Source: Acidobacteriota bacterium (GTDB taxonomy: Bacteria; Acidobacteriota; Thermoanaerobaculia; Gp7-AA8). Taken from it: a DNA stretch of 64,000 nucleotides. The stretch's first letter is position 1. The number at the start of each line of letters is the position of its first letter. Both the position numbers and the translations under genes were made by a program. Location: assembly GCA_003223645.1 (NCBI GenBank), contig QHVT01000007.1:106531-170530 (forward strand), given 5' to 3'. Under the pieces are notes generated by a model that was not told where the DNA came from, did not search any database, and worked only from the letters and a program-made list of their open reading frames with translations. Positions 29,428 through 38,263 of the stretch are shown in pieces.

Positions 29428-31311
29428 TCAGCGGCCCATCTTCGTGAGCGCCGCTTCCATCTCGTCCATGATGCGATTCATCTTTTTCATCGTGAGATCG
29501 AGCGGTTCGGACGTCGTCATGTCGACGCCGGCGTCTTTGAGGAGGTCGATCGGGTACTTCGATCCGCCGGCCGACAGGAATGCGAGGTATTTCGCGGTCG
29601 CACCCTTTTTGTCCTGTCCATTGAGGACTTTCTCGGACAACGCGGCCGACGCGGTGAAGGACGTTGCGTACTGGTAGACGTAGTAGGTCCGGTAGAAGTG
29701 GGGGATGTAGGCCCACTCGTGCTTGACCACGTCGTCGACAATGCACACGCCCTTGTCGTGTCCGTAGTATTTGCGCGTCATTTCGAGATACAGCTTGTCG
29801 AGGGCGTCGCCGGTGATCGGCTCGCCCTTCTCGGCCATGTCGTGGATGGCCTTCTCGAAATCGGCGAACTGGGTCTGACGGAAGACGGTGCCTTTGAACC
29901 CTTCGAGATAGTTGCCGAGGAGCGCGAGACGGGTCGCCGGATCCGTGATCTGTTTCAGCATCGAGTCGATCAGCAGCGACTCGTTGAACGTCGAGGCCAC
30001 CTCGGCCACGAAGATCGGATAGCCGGCCGTGATGTAGGGCTGGTTCTTGTTCGAGAGATAGGTCTGCATCGTGTGCCCGAGCTCGTGGGCCACGGTGCTC
30101 ATGTCGTTGTACTGACCGTTGTAGTTGATGAGCATGTAGGGATGGACGTCGTACGCGCCGCCGCTCGAGTAGGCGCCGGAGCGCTTCCCGGGCGTGGGAT
30201 AGAGGTCGATCCAGCGGTCCCTGAATGCGCGGTCGATCACGGCGGTGTAGTCCGTGCCGAGCGGAGCGAGCGCCGTGGCGATGTTCTTGCGCGCCTCCTC
30301 CGCGGTGTACTTGAGGTCGACGCTGGAGACGAGCGGTGCATAGAGATCGTAGTAGTGAAGCTCGTCGAGCCCCATCATCCGCTTGCGAAGCTCGAGATAG
30401 CGGTGAAACGTCGGCAGGTTCGCGTTCACGCCGTCGACGAGACTGGTATAGACGCTGGTCGGGATGTCGTCGGTGTCGAGCGCCGCGTCGAGCGTCGTCG
30501 GATACTTGCGAGCCCGGATCGTGAACATGTCCGCCTGCAGGTTCGCGTTCATCGTCGATCCGAGAGTGTTGCGGTACTGTCCGAGAGCGCCGAAGAAGGC
30601 CTCGAAGACCTTCTTGCGGTCTTCTCGATTCGGAAGCGAGCGTGAGACCGCGAAGGTCGAGGCGTCGAGCCGGCGCGTCGTTCCGTCGGCGAGCGTCACC
30701 GTCGGGAACGGGAAGTCGGAGTTCACGAAGATTCCGTAGATGTCGCTTCCGGCCGGCGACATGAGACTCGCGTCGGCGATCAGCTTCTCCTCTGCTTCCG
30801 AAAGCGTGTGCGCCTTCCTGCGCTGCAGGTCCTGGAGGAAGAACCGGTAGGGCTTCAGCTTCGGCTCCGCGGCGAGGAACTTGTCGACGGCCGCCGCGTC
30901 CATCTTCAGGATCTCCGGCTGCAGCCAGGCCGTTGCCGCGGCAAACGTCGACCCCAGCTGGGACATCTCCTGCTTCATTGCCTGATACGTCGAGTTTCGG
31001 GTGTCCGTGTCGGAATTCAGCGACGCGTAGACGAAGAGCCGCCCGTACTCCTTGTTGAGATTCGTGATCGCCTCGGCCGCCGCGAGCATCCTGGCCGGCG
31101 ATTCCGCGATCGTTCCCTTGTACGACCCGACCTTCTCCATCTTCGCGACGAAGTCCTCTTTGGCAGCCCTCCAGGCGTCGTCGGACGCGTAGATGTCGGC
31201 GAGATTCCACTTGTATTGATCCGGGATCGTGCTGCGTTCCCGTGTCTGGCTCGCCGCCGTGAGCCCCACGAGAAGCAGGAGAGCAAGCGCCTTCGCGCGA
31301 AATACGTGCAT
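29428..31311 (-). CDS. secreted M3-family oligoendopeptidase (PepF-like)
   Basis: 627 aa; signal peptide; zinc motif HELGH...E. Confidence 0.85.
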   Translation of the reverse strand: MHVFRAKALALLLLVGLTAASQTRERSTIPDQYKWNLADIYASDDAWRAAKEDFVAKMEKVGSYKGTIAESPARMLAAAEAITNLNKEYGRLFVYASLNSDTDTRNSTYQAMKQEMSQLGSTFAAATAWLQPEILKMDAAAVDKFLAAEPKLKPYRFFLQDLQRRKAHTLSEAEEKLIADASLMSPAGSDIYGIFVNSDFPFPTVTLADGTTRRLDASTFAVSRSLPNREDRKKVFEAFFGALGQYRNTLGSTMNANLQADMFTIRARKYPTTLDAALDTDDIPTSVYTSLVDGVNANLPTFHRYLELRKRMMGLDELHYYDLYAPLVSSVDLKYTAEEARKNIATALAPLGTDYTAVIDRAFRDRWIDLYPTPGKRSGAYSSGGAYDVHPYMLINYNGQYNDMSTVAHELGHTMQTYLSNKNQPYITAGYPIFVAEVASTFNESLLIDSMLKQITDPATRLALLGNYLEGFKGTVFRQTQFADFEKAIHDMAEKGEPITGDALDKLYLEMTRKYYGHDKGVCIVDDVVKHEWAYIPHFYRTYYVYQYATSFTASAALSEKVLNGQDKKGATAKYLAFLSAGGSKYPIDLLKDAGVDMTTSEPLDLTMKKMNRIMDEMEAALTKMGR

Positions 31312-31403
31312 AGACCTCTTCCTTCCGAACGAGATTGTTCTGGATTGTCATACGCGAAAATAGAGCGGCGGGTTGGTTACGAAGGGGTGAAGGATCTTCT
31401 CTG

Positions 31404-32228
31404 TCACCCTATTGCCGCAACGTCCTCGTCCGACAGCCGGATTTTCCGCGCGGCCATGTTCTCTTCGAGATGCTCGACGCTCGCCGTTCCGGGAATCGGC
31501 AACAGGACGGGTGAGTGCTCGAGCAGCCAGGCGAGCGCGATCTGCGCGGGCGTGGCGTCGTGTTTCTGCGCGATGCGCGCGAGCGCGCCTTTCGGCGCGG
31601 CGAGCTTGCCGACCTGCAGCGGGTACCACGGAATGAATCCGATGTTCTCTCGCGTGCAGTAGTCGAGGACGGGCTCCCATTCGCGGTCGGCGAGGTTGTA
31701 GCGGTTCTGCACGGAGACGACGGGAAAGAATTTGCGCGCGCGCTCGATCGCGTCCGCGTCGACTTCCGACAATCCGATGTGCCGCACTTTTCCTTCGCGC
31801 TGAAACGCGGCGAGCGTCTCGAACTGATCTTCTTCCGGCACTTTCGGATCGATGCGATGCAGTTGATAGAGATCGATGCGCTCGACGCGCAGCCGGCGGA
31901 GGCTTCCTTCCAATTCTTCGCGCAATCGCTCCGGCTTCGCGTTCTCGACCCATGCACCGGCAGAGGGGCGGTCGAAGCCGCCTTTCGTCGCGATGACGAG
32001 ATCGTTCGGATACGGATGGAGCGCCTTCGCGATCAGCGCCTCACTCGTATGCGGTCCGTACGACTCCGCCGTGTCGATGAAATTCACGCCGAGCTCGATC
32101 GCGCGTCGCAGCACGGCGAGCGCTGCTGCTTCGTCGGACGGCGGCCCCCACACACCCTTGCCGGTGATGCGCATCGCGCCGAAGCCGAGCCGGTGAACGG
32201 AGAGATCGCCGCCGAGTTGAAACGTCAT
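31404..32228 (-). CDS. aldo/keto reductase
   Basis: Start MTFQLGGDL; GFGAMRITG, IDTAESYG, LYQLHRIDP, IGLSEV AKR signatures. Confidence 0.8.
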   Translation of the reverse strand: MTFQLGGDLSVHRLGFGAMRITGKGVWGPPSDEAAALAVLRRAIELGVNFIDTAESYGPHTSEALIAKALHPYPNDLVIATKGGFDRPSAGAWVENAKPERLREELEGSLRRLRVERIDLYQLHRIDPKVPEEDQFETLAAFQREGKVRHIGLSEVDADAIERARKFFPVVSVQNRYNLADREWEPVLDYCTRENIGFIPWYPLQVGKLAAPKGALARIAQKHDATPAQIALAWLLEHSPVLLPIPGTASVEHLEENMAARKIRLSDEDVAAIG

Positions 32229-32382
32229 GGGCGCATCGTACTGCGGAGCCCGTGCCCGCGCCTGCTTCCGCGCCCCAGGGTGGAGCATGAGCTGAGAAGC
32301 CGCCCACCCCGGGCGCGGGAGCGGGCACGGGCGCGGGCGCGGGAATCCGAAATCGTGACCACCAATCCGGCGACGGCGTGCG

Positions 32383-33183
32383 TTAAAACCACAAGCGAAT
32401 CGGTCTCACCCCTTCGCGCTCGAAGAACGGATCGAGTCTGCGCGCGAGCGCGGGCCAGTTGTGATGCGGGACTTGCGGGTAGAGGTGATGCTCGAGGTGG
32501 TAGAGGTGCTCGAGCGCGACGAGCGAGAGCACGCGGCCGCGGAAGAGTCTCGTCTGCTGCAACTCGGTGCCGCCGCGCGGATCGTGCGGAATGAAGGCGG
32601 TGACGAGCGGAAAGATCCAGCTGCCCGCGATCATCAGCGCGGCGTACGCGAACGGGAGCGGGGTGATCGGGATGATCGCGATGCAGATCCCGAGTCCGAT
32701 TACGACCGCCGACGCCTCGGCGATCATCCACGTGCGATCGCGTCCGTTCTTCTTCATCGCGAAGATCCAGAGCCGCGGCTGCAGCGTGATGCCTTCGAAC
32801 AGCGCGCGCACGAACGACATCCGCGACGCAGCGCCTTCGAGATCGTCCTCGGCGGGGAAGCGCGCGTGGTGATGAAGATGCACGGTGCGATAGGCGTGGC
32901 CGCTGCGGAACGAGAGCAGCTCAATCGCGCTGAGCAGCGACTCGTTCAGCCATCGCGGAATGCCGAGGTTGCGGTGAACGAGATCGTGCGAAATCGAGCC
33001 GTAGGTGAGGAAGCTGAGGAGCACCGGACACGCGAGCGCTGCGACGTACCACTGCCGCGACGCGAAGACGAAGAAGAGCGCGACGAGCGCGAACGGCGTG
33101 GCGAGCGTCAGCGCGAGGCGCCAGCGCGGAACGACCAGCAGGTCGCGTCCGATCTCATTCAGCGACGGCTGCATCGGCGTCAT
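32383..33183 (-). CDS. membrane fatty-acid desaturase family protein
   Basis: Three His boxes: HDLVHR, HLHHH, HLEHHLYP; multiple TM segments. Confidence 0.8.
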   Translation of the reverse strand: MTPMQPSLNEIGRDLLVVPRWRLALTLATPFALVALFFVFASRQWYVAALACPVLLSFLTYGSISHDLVHRNLGIPRWLNESLLSAIELLSFRSGHAYRTVHLHHHARFPAEDDLEGAASRMSFVRALFEGITLQPRLWIFAMKKNGRDRTWMIAEASAVVIGLGICIAIIPITPLPFAYAALMIAGSWIFPLVTAFIPHDPRGGTELQQTRLFRGRVLSLVALEHLYHLEHHLYPQVPHHNWPALARRLDPFFEREGVRPIRLWF

Positions 33184-33285
33184 TGTTAACCAAATCCCGT
33201 CTCATGGTGGTGTAGGACAGGCTTTCCAGCCTGTCCCCCCGGAGGCGGGCTGGAAAGCCCGCACTACGCCGGGGCTGTTAACCAA
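33184..33285. mobile_element. family C palindromic element bounded by exact 20-bp direct duplication TGTTAACCAAATCCCGTCTC (MITE-like insertion with target-site duplication)
   Basis: tgttaaccaaatcccgtctc at 33184-33203 and again at 33266-33285, bracketing the 60-bp palindrome in the desaturase / beta-lactamase-family divergent intergenic region. Confidence 0.6.
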
Positions 33286-33312
33286 ATCCCGTCTCGCGGG
33301 TTGAAACGACAT

Positions 33313-34980
33313 ATGAGACGGCTCCTCTTCCTTCTTTTTCTTGCGCGCGTCGTGTCCGCGGACGCGGCGTCATCGATCGACGAATACTTCACACGCCTGG
33401 CCGCGCACGGATTTTCCGGCGCGGTGCTGGTCGCGCGCGGCGAGGACGTATTGCTGCGCAAAGGCTACGGACTCGCCGACAAGAAGCGCGGCATCGTCAA
33501 TCGCAGCGACACGGCGTTCAACATCGCGTCGCTCGACAAGCAGTTCATCGCCGCCGGAATCCTGCGGCTCGAGGAGATGGGAAAGCTGCGCGTGAGCGAT
33601 CCGATCTCGCGCTTCTTCGACTTCATCCCCGACGACAAGAAGAACATCACGCTGCATCAGGTGCTGACGCACACGGCCGGCTTCAGCGACGAGTATTGGG
33701 ACGAGCATCCCGAGCTCACGCGCGCGGAGTTCATCCGCTGGGTCGTCACCGAGCGCAAGCTGCTTGCGCCGCCGGGAAAGGAGTGGTCGTACGCGAGCTT
33801 CGACTACTGGCTGCTCGAGGAAGTGATCGAGCGCGCGTCGGGAATGCCGTTCGAAGAGTTTCTGAATCGCGAGCTGTTCGCGCCGACGGGCATGCGCTTC
33901 ACCGGCTTCGCGATTCCGAAGTGGGACCGCGACAATGTTGCGCACACGAGTCTCTGGACGGTTCCGTCGTCGGCGCTGCCGGGCGAGATGAAGTTCGAGA
34001 ATCCGCTCGATCGTCCGGCCGCATGGCGCGTAATGCTGTCGACGCCGGAGGATTTGTATCGCTGGTATCTCGCGCTGCGCGCGGGACGCGTGCTCACGCC
34101 GGACTCGCGCAGGAGACTCTTCACGCCGGTGATGGAGAACTACGCGTACGGCTGGTACGTCGCGCCGACGATTCGCGGCACGAAGCTGATTCATCACGGC
34201 GGTGGCGGAAGCGGTGTCGGGACAGTCGTGACGTTCGACTGGTTCGTCGACGAAGACACGCTCGTCGTCATCACGAACAACTCGATCATGAGCGGCTTCG
34301 GCGCCGACTTCATCATCGCGGACGTCGAGGCGATGCTGTTCAGCGGCGCGGCGATGATGCCGCCGCCGTCGATCGCGCGCAAAGAGCCGGCGAGCGTCGG
34401 CGGCACGTATCGACTTCCGCGCGGCGGCACATTCGACGTCGTGCAAACGACAGGTCCGCTCGTCGCCGTGAGCCGCGACGCCGAAGCGATCTCCGCACTG
34501 CTCCTCGGCGGCACGGACGCCGGCAGTCTCTCGCAGGACACGCTCGCGCGAGACGTGCTCCTCGCGGCGAGCCGCGGCGAATTCGCGGCATTCGATGCCG
34601 TCAGCGCCGACGATCATCAATGGATCGCGTCCGTGTTCGAGCGCGCGAAAATGCATGGCGCGCTGCAGGACATCACGACGATGCACTATCGCTCCTTCAT
34701 CCGCGACGGCGTTCCCGAGCTGCAGTCGTTCGTGAAGCTGCGTTTCGAGAAAAGGGATTTGTATCTGCGCGTCATGCATCACGCATCGGGAAAAGTGCAG
34801 ATCGATCGTCTCAGTCCGCCCGAAGGAATCGAAGCGGCGCTCGCACCCTCGCCGCAAGGCGGCTACACGACCTGGGAGCCGCGCCTCGGCTCGTCGGTGC
34901 GCGTAGACTTCGCCGAGAAATCCGTCCGGCTGCAAGGGAGCGCCGGCACCGTGATCGCGTCCCGAGTCGCAAAGCCATGA
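33313..34980 (+). CDS. secreted serine hydrolase, beta-lactamase/PBP-like family, long C-terminal extension
   Basis: Signal peptide MRRLLFLLFLARVVSADAAS; S-x-x-K motif (SLDKQF); track ORF uses TTG at 33301. Confidence 0.8.
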   Translation: MRRLLFLLFLARVVSADAASSIDEYFTRLAAHGFSGAVLVARGEDVLLRKGYGLADKKRGIVNRSDTAFNIASLDKQFIAAGILRLEEMGKLRVSDPISRFFDFIPDDKKNITLHQVLTHTAGFSDEYWDEHPELTRAEFIRWVVTERKLLAPPGKEWSYASFDYWLLEEVIERASGMPFEEFLNRELFAPTGMRFTGFAIPKWDRDNVAHTSLWTVPSSALPGEMKFENPLDRPAAWRVMLSTPEDLYRWYLALRAGRVLTPDSRRRLFTPVMENYAYGWYVAPTIRGTKLIHHGGGGSGVGTVVTFDWFVDEDTLVVITNNSIMSGFGADFIIADVEAMLFSGAAMMPPPSIARKEPASVGGTYRLPRGGTFDVVQTTGPLVAVSRDAEAISALLLGGTDAGSLSQDTLARDVLLAASRGEFAAFDAVSADDHQWIASVFERAKMHGALQDITTMHYRSFIRDGVPELQSFVKLRFEKRDLYLRVMHHASGKVQIDRLSPPEGIEAALAPSPQGGYTTWEPRLGSSVRVDFAEKSVRLQGSAGTVIASRVAKP

Positions 34981-35390
34981 TTCCCGACTATCGAATCGAC
35001 AACCTGATCGCCGTCGCCACGTCGATCCTGTTCCTGGTCCTGACGGGCGGCGGACTGCTGTTCGTCATCCGCCGCCGGATGAAAGAACAGCACGAGCTGC
35101 GGCGGGCGCTCATCGAGAAGTTGTCGGCCGAGGAGTTGATCCGGCTGGCGGAAAGCGAGGGGGGAAGGGGATGGCTGCGCGACGTGCTCGTCGGCGTGCG
35201 CGATCGCCACGCCGCGGTCGAGCGCGCGCTGCAGGTGATCTTCGCGGGCGTCGCGTGCGGGATCGCGAGCGGCTATCTCCATCAGAAGCCGCTCGGCGCG
35301 GCGGGGATGATTCTCGTCGCGGCCGGACTCGGACAACTCGTGGCGACGCTGATCTTCAACCGCCGCGACAAGGCGAGCGATGAGAAGTGA
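34976..35390 (+). CDS. small hypothetical membrane protein
   Basis: MIPDYRIDNLIAVATSILFLVLTGGGLLFVI...; ATGA overlap with upstream gene and GTGA overlap with downstream sigma factor. Confidence 0.4.
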
Positions 35391-35842
35391 TCGGCGCCGG
35401 CGACTTCGAGCGCTTCTATCGCGACACGCTGCCGCGGCTCGAGAAGTTCGTCGCGCGACTCGCGGGCTCGCGTGCGGCGGCCGAGGAGATCGTCCAGGAG
35501 ACGTACTACCGGTTTCTGCGGTCGCGATTCGAAGGCGGGTCGGACGAAGAGCGGCGGCGGTATTTGTATCGGATCGCGGTGAACCTCGCGAAGAACCTCT
35601 GGTCGCGGCAGCGGAGCGAAGAAACGATCGAGCTCGTCGCGCATGCAGACGCGTCAAACTCGATCGACGTGAACGGCGTGCTCGCGCGCATGGCGCCGCG
35701 CGAGCGCGCGCTGCTGTGGCTCGCGTACGCGGAAGGGTGTTCGCATCGCGAGATCGCTGAGGTGATGGACGTGAGCGCGCTGAGCGTGCGCGTATTGCTC
35801 TCTCGCGCACGGAAGCGATTCGTGGAGTTGATGGATCGATGA
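35387..35842 (+). CDS. ECF-type sigma-70 family sigma factor
   Basis: Region 2 (YRFLRSRF..., RYLYRIAVNLAKNLWSRQR) and region 4 HTH (CSHREIAEVMDVSALSVRVLLSRARKRF). Confidence 0.8.
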   Translation: MIGAGDFERFYRDTLPRLEKFVARLAGSRAAAEEIVQETYYRFLRSRFEGGSDEERRRYLYRIAVNLAKNLWSRQRSEETIELVAHADASNSIDVNGVLARMAPRERALLWLAYAEGCSHREIAEVMDVSALSVRVLLSRARKRFVELMDR

Positions 35843-36138
35843 ATGACGATCAACTGAAAGCCGCATTCACCGCGGAGCTGCAACGCGACGTGCAACTGAC
35901 GCGCGCCAGCGCGGCCGATCTCTGGAATCGCGCGCGCCGCGACGAGATCGTCGAGCAATACGCGCGCGACGCCCGCTCGCGCCGCATCGCCGATCGCGTG
36001 TTCGGCGTTGTCGAATTGTTCGCAGCCGACGTCGCGGCCGCGGCGCTGATCCTGCCGGCGGGAGGACTCGTGATTGCCGTCATCGGCGCCGCGATCATCC
36101 ACATGGCGGGAACGCTGGCGTTGATGGTGCGCGCGTGA
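35839..36138 (+). CDS. putative anti-sigma factor / small membrane protein downstream of ECF sigma
   Basis: 99 aa, 4-nt overlap with sigma gene, C-terminal TM segment. Confidence 0.35.
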   Translation: MNDDQLKAAFTAELQRDVQLTRASAADLWNRARRDEIVEQYARDARSRRIADRVFGVVELFAADVAAAALILPAGGLVIAVIGAAIIHMAGTLALMVRA

Positions 36139-36165
36139 GATTCATCGCGTGGACATCAGCAGGGC

Positions 36166-36483
36166 TTGGACCGTGCGGCGGAACACTTCCTGCGGGATTG
36201 CTATCGGCGGAAGAAGCCGGCGCGTGGGAAAGACTTCGCGCAGTCGCTGGACCTGACGCCGGAGTACTTCAGCTGGTTGGCGGCGCAAGCTCTCGGCGAG
36301 TCGCTGCACGTGTTCCTGCGCAAGAAGCAGGTTGAGTACGCGGCGCGGCTGCTCCGAAGGACGCCGCTATCCGTCGAAGAGATCGCCGTGCGCAGCGGAT
36401 TCGGGACGCGATCGGCAATGCACCGCTGGTTCGTGAAGGTCCACGGGATCGGTCCAGCAGCATTTCGGGAGCGGAAGAAATGA
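36166..36483 (+). CDS. AraC-type HTH domain protein (only C-terminal DNA-binding domain; possibly truncated regulator)
   Basis: EEIAVRSGFGTRSAMHRWFVKVHGIGPAAFR second-HTH signature of AraC/XylS family; only 105 aa. Confidence 0.5.
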   Translation: MDRAAEHFLRDCYRRKKPARGKDFAQSLDLTPEYFSWLAAQALGESLHVFLRKKQVEYAARLLRRTPLSVEEIAVRSGFGTRSAMHRWFVKVHGIGPAAFRERKK

Positions 36484-36657
36484 GATCGGCCGCGATCCGC
36501 TGTTCGACGTGATGACGATGTTAGCGCGCTTCGCGGAATGGGATGAACTGGCCGGTGCTTGCGTCACGAGCGATTTTGAGTGTCGGCATCGCGCGATGTG
36601 ATCGCGAGAGCGGCACGATACAATCCGCTCGCGCGATCTCTTTCTGCGCGACGAGCG

Positions 36658-37851
36658 ATGAAGAACGAAGCGATGACATCCGATCACCGGACCGTTGGAG
36701 CTTCTGGCTCCATGCCGCCGACCATGGCGAAAGTCAACGGGTTGCCACCATGGGCTGGCAGTGCGTGGCCCACCGAGAGTACGTTTCATCAACTGGCGCC
36801 CTACATCGGCAAGACGAAATCCACCATGGCTGCGGCGCTCATCCGAGAGTACGCGAAGCCTGGGGACGTTGTGTGCGACCCGTTTTCCGGCTGCGGCACT
36901 TTCGCGCTCGAGGCGTGGATAGCTGGGTGCCATGTAGTAGCGAATGATCTAAGCCCCTACGCGCACCTTCTGACGCGCGCGAAGCTCTTCCCCTATGAAT
37001 CTTCGGATGATGCACTTACAGATCTCGCCGCCGTCGCGAAATCGGTGGCACGTCGCCGCGCTCGGCCTGACCTCCGAACAGTTCCGCGTTGGATTCGTGA
37101 CTTCTTTCATCCCGACACACTGAAAGAAATTCTTGTGTGGACCGATGTCTTGCTGACGCAGGAGCGGTGGTTTTTGCTTGCCTGCCTCATGGGTATCCTT
37201 CATCATCAGCGACCGGGGTTTCTTTCTTTCCCCAGTAGTCACACCGTTCCTTACCTGCGCGTGAAGAAATTCCCGCGGCAACAATTTCCCAACCTCTATG
37301 CGTATCGTTCTATCCTTGATCGCCTGGAAGCGAAAGTCACGCGAGCGTTCAGGCGAGAGCCGAAGCTGAAGTTTGCGCTTCAGCGGCACTGTTTTTCAAC
37401 GCCGGCCCAGAAGCTGAAGCTCGCACGAAGCGTTGATCTAATCATCACCAGTCCGCCTTACATGCGTCAACTCGACTACGGGAGAGACAATCGCCTGCGA
37501 CTGTGGTTTCTGGGCTGCAAGGATTGGCATTCTCTCGATGACGTAGTATCGCCCGATCAGGAATCTTTTCTTGCGCTAATGGACCGATGCTTCGCGCGCT
37601 GGCATAAGTCCCTAAAGCCTCGCGGCCACTGTGTACTCGTGATCGGCGATCAATGCAGTCGTGAAGACCGAAGCGATCTACCCGATGCCGTCACTCAAAT
37701 TGCTCTGAAAGAGCGTCGCTTTTCTCTCGTTTCTTCGTACGCGGACACGATCCCAAACGAGCGGCGCGTTCGACGAGGAATCACCGGCAGCACCTCAGAG
37801 ACCGTATTGGTGCTTCGCCGAGCTCCGGAACGCGGAACGCGGCGAGCATGA
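36658..37851 (+). CDS. SAM-dependent amino-methyltransferase, paralog of 27162..28628 (alternative GTG start 36580)
   Basis: VVCDPFSGCGTFALEA (motif I), LIITSPPYMRQLDY (motif IV). Confidence 0.6.
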   Translation: MKNEAMTSDHRTVGASGSMPPTMAKVNGLPPWAGSAWPTESTFHQLAPYIGKTKSTMAAALIREYAKPGDVVCDPFSGCGTFALEAWIAGCHVVANDLSPYAHLLTRAKLFPYESSDDALTDLAAVAKSVARRRARPDLRTVPRWIRDFFHPDTLKEILVWTDVLLTQERWFLLACLMGILHHQRPGFLSFPSSHTVPYLRVKKFPRQQFPNLYAYRSILDRLEAKVTRAFRREPKLKFALQRHCFSTPAQKLKLARSVDLIITSPPYMRQLDYGRDNRLRLWFLGCKDWHSLDDVVSPDQESFLALMDRCFARWHKSLKPRGHCVLVIGDQCSREDRSDLPDAVTQIALKERRFSLVSSYADTIPNERRVRRGITGSTSETVLVLRRAPERGTRRA

Positions 37852-38263
37852 GATCTGGAAAACGGCGTGAGAAGTATGCAAACGCGACGAGCATTTCCCA
37901 GTCGAATGGATCGTGCGGCACGGTCGATGATGATACGTGGTGTTTCGAGCAGTGTGAAGGAAGCCATGGGTAGTGGCCGCGCGGCGAGGCTGTAACGGGA
38001 CGATTGCGGCACCGCGCGCGGCGTGGGCCGACGGCCAGCCGGCGTGATTGCAGACAGCCGCTGATTGCTTTCCTTGGGATATTCAGTATTCTTGATCTGC
38101 GGTCGCATGACCAACTCGAGCGATCTCACCGCGGAATGCGAACCCATGCGCGATGCGAGTTTGCCAAGGCGCTGACCGGCGGCATGCGCTTCTCACCGCG
38201 ACTGGCCGTGGTTGTTGTTCCGGGGCACTCGCTGAATAAACTTTTGGGACGGACACCTAGCGC

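Noticed and set aside
33696-35390. 564-aa ORF spanning antisense/other-frame of beta-lactamase-family gene and ending at 35390
   Set aside because: - Only its last ~138 codons (from ATG 34976) look genuine (membrane protein).
- The remainder is an Arg-rich alternative frame of the hydrolase gene.
36135-36335. Alternative ORF (MRFIAWTSAGLG...) overlapping start of AraC-HTH gene
   Set aside because: - Different frame.
- No domain signature.
- The in-frame AraC HTH signature supports 36166..36483 instead.
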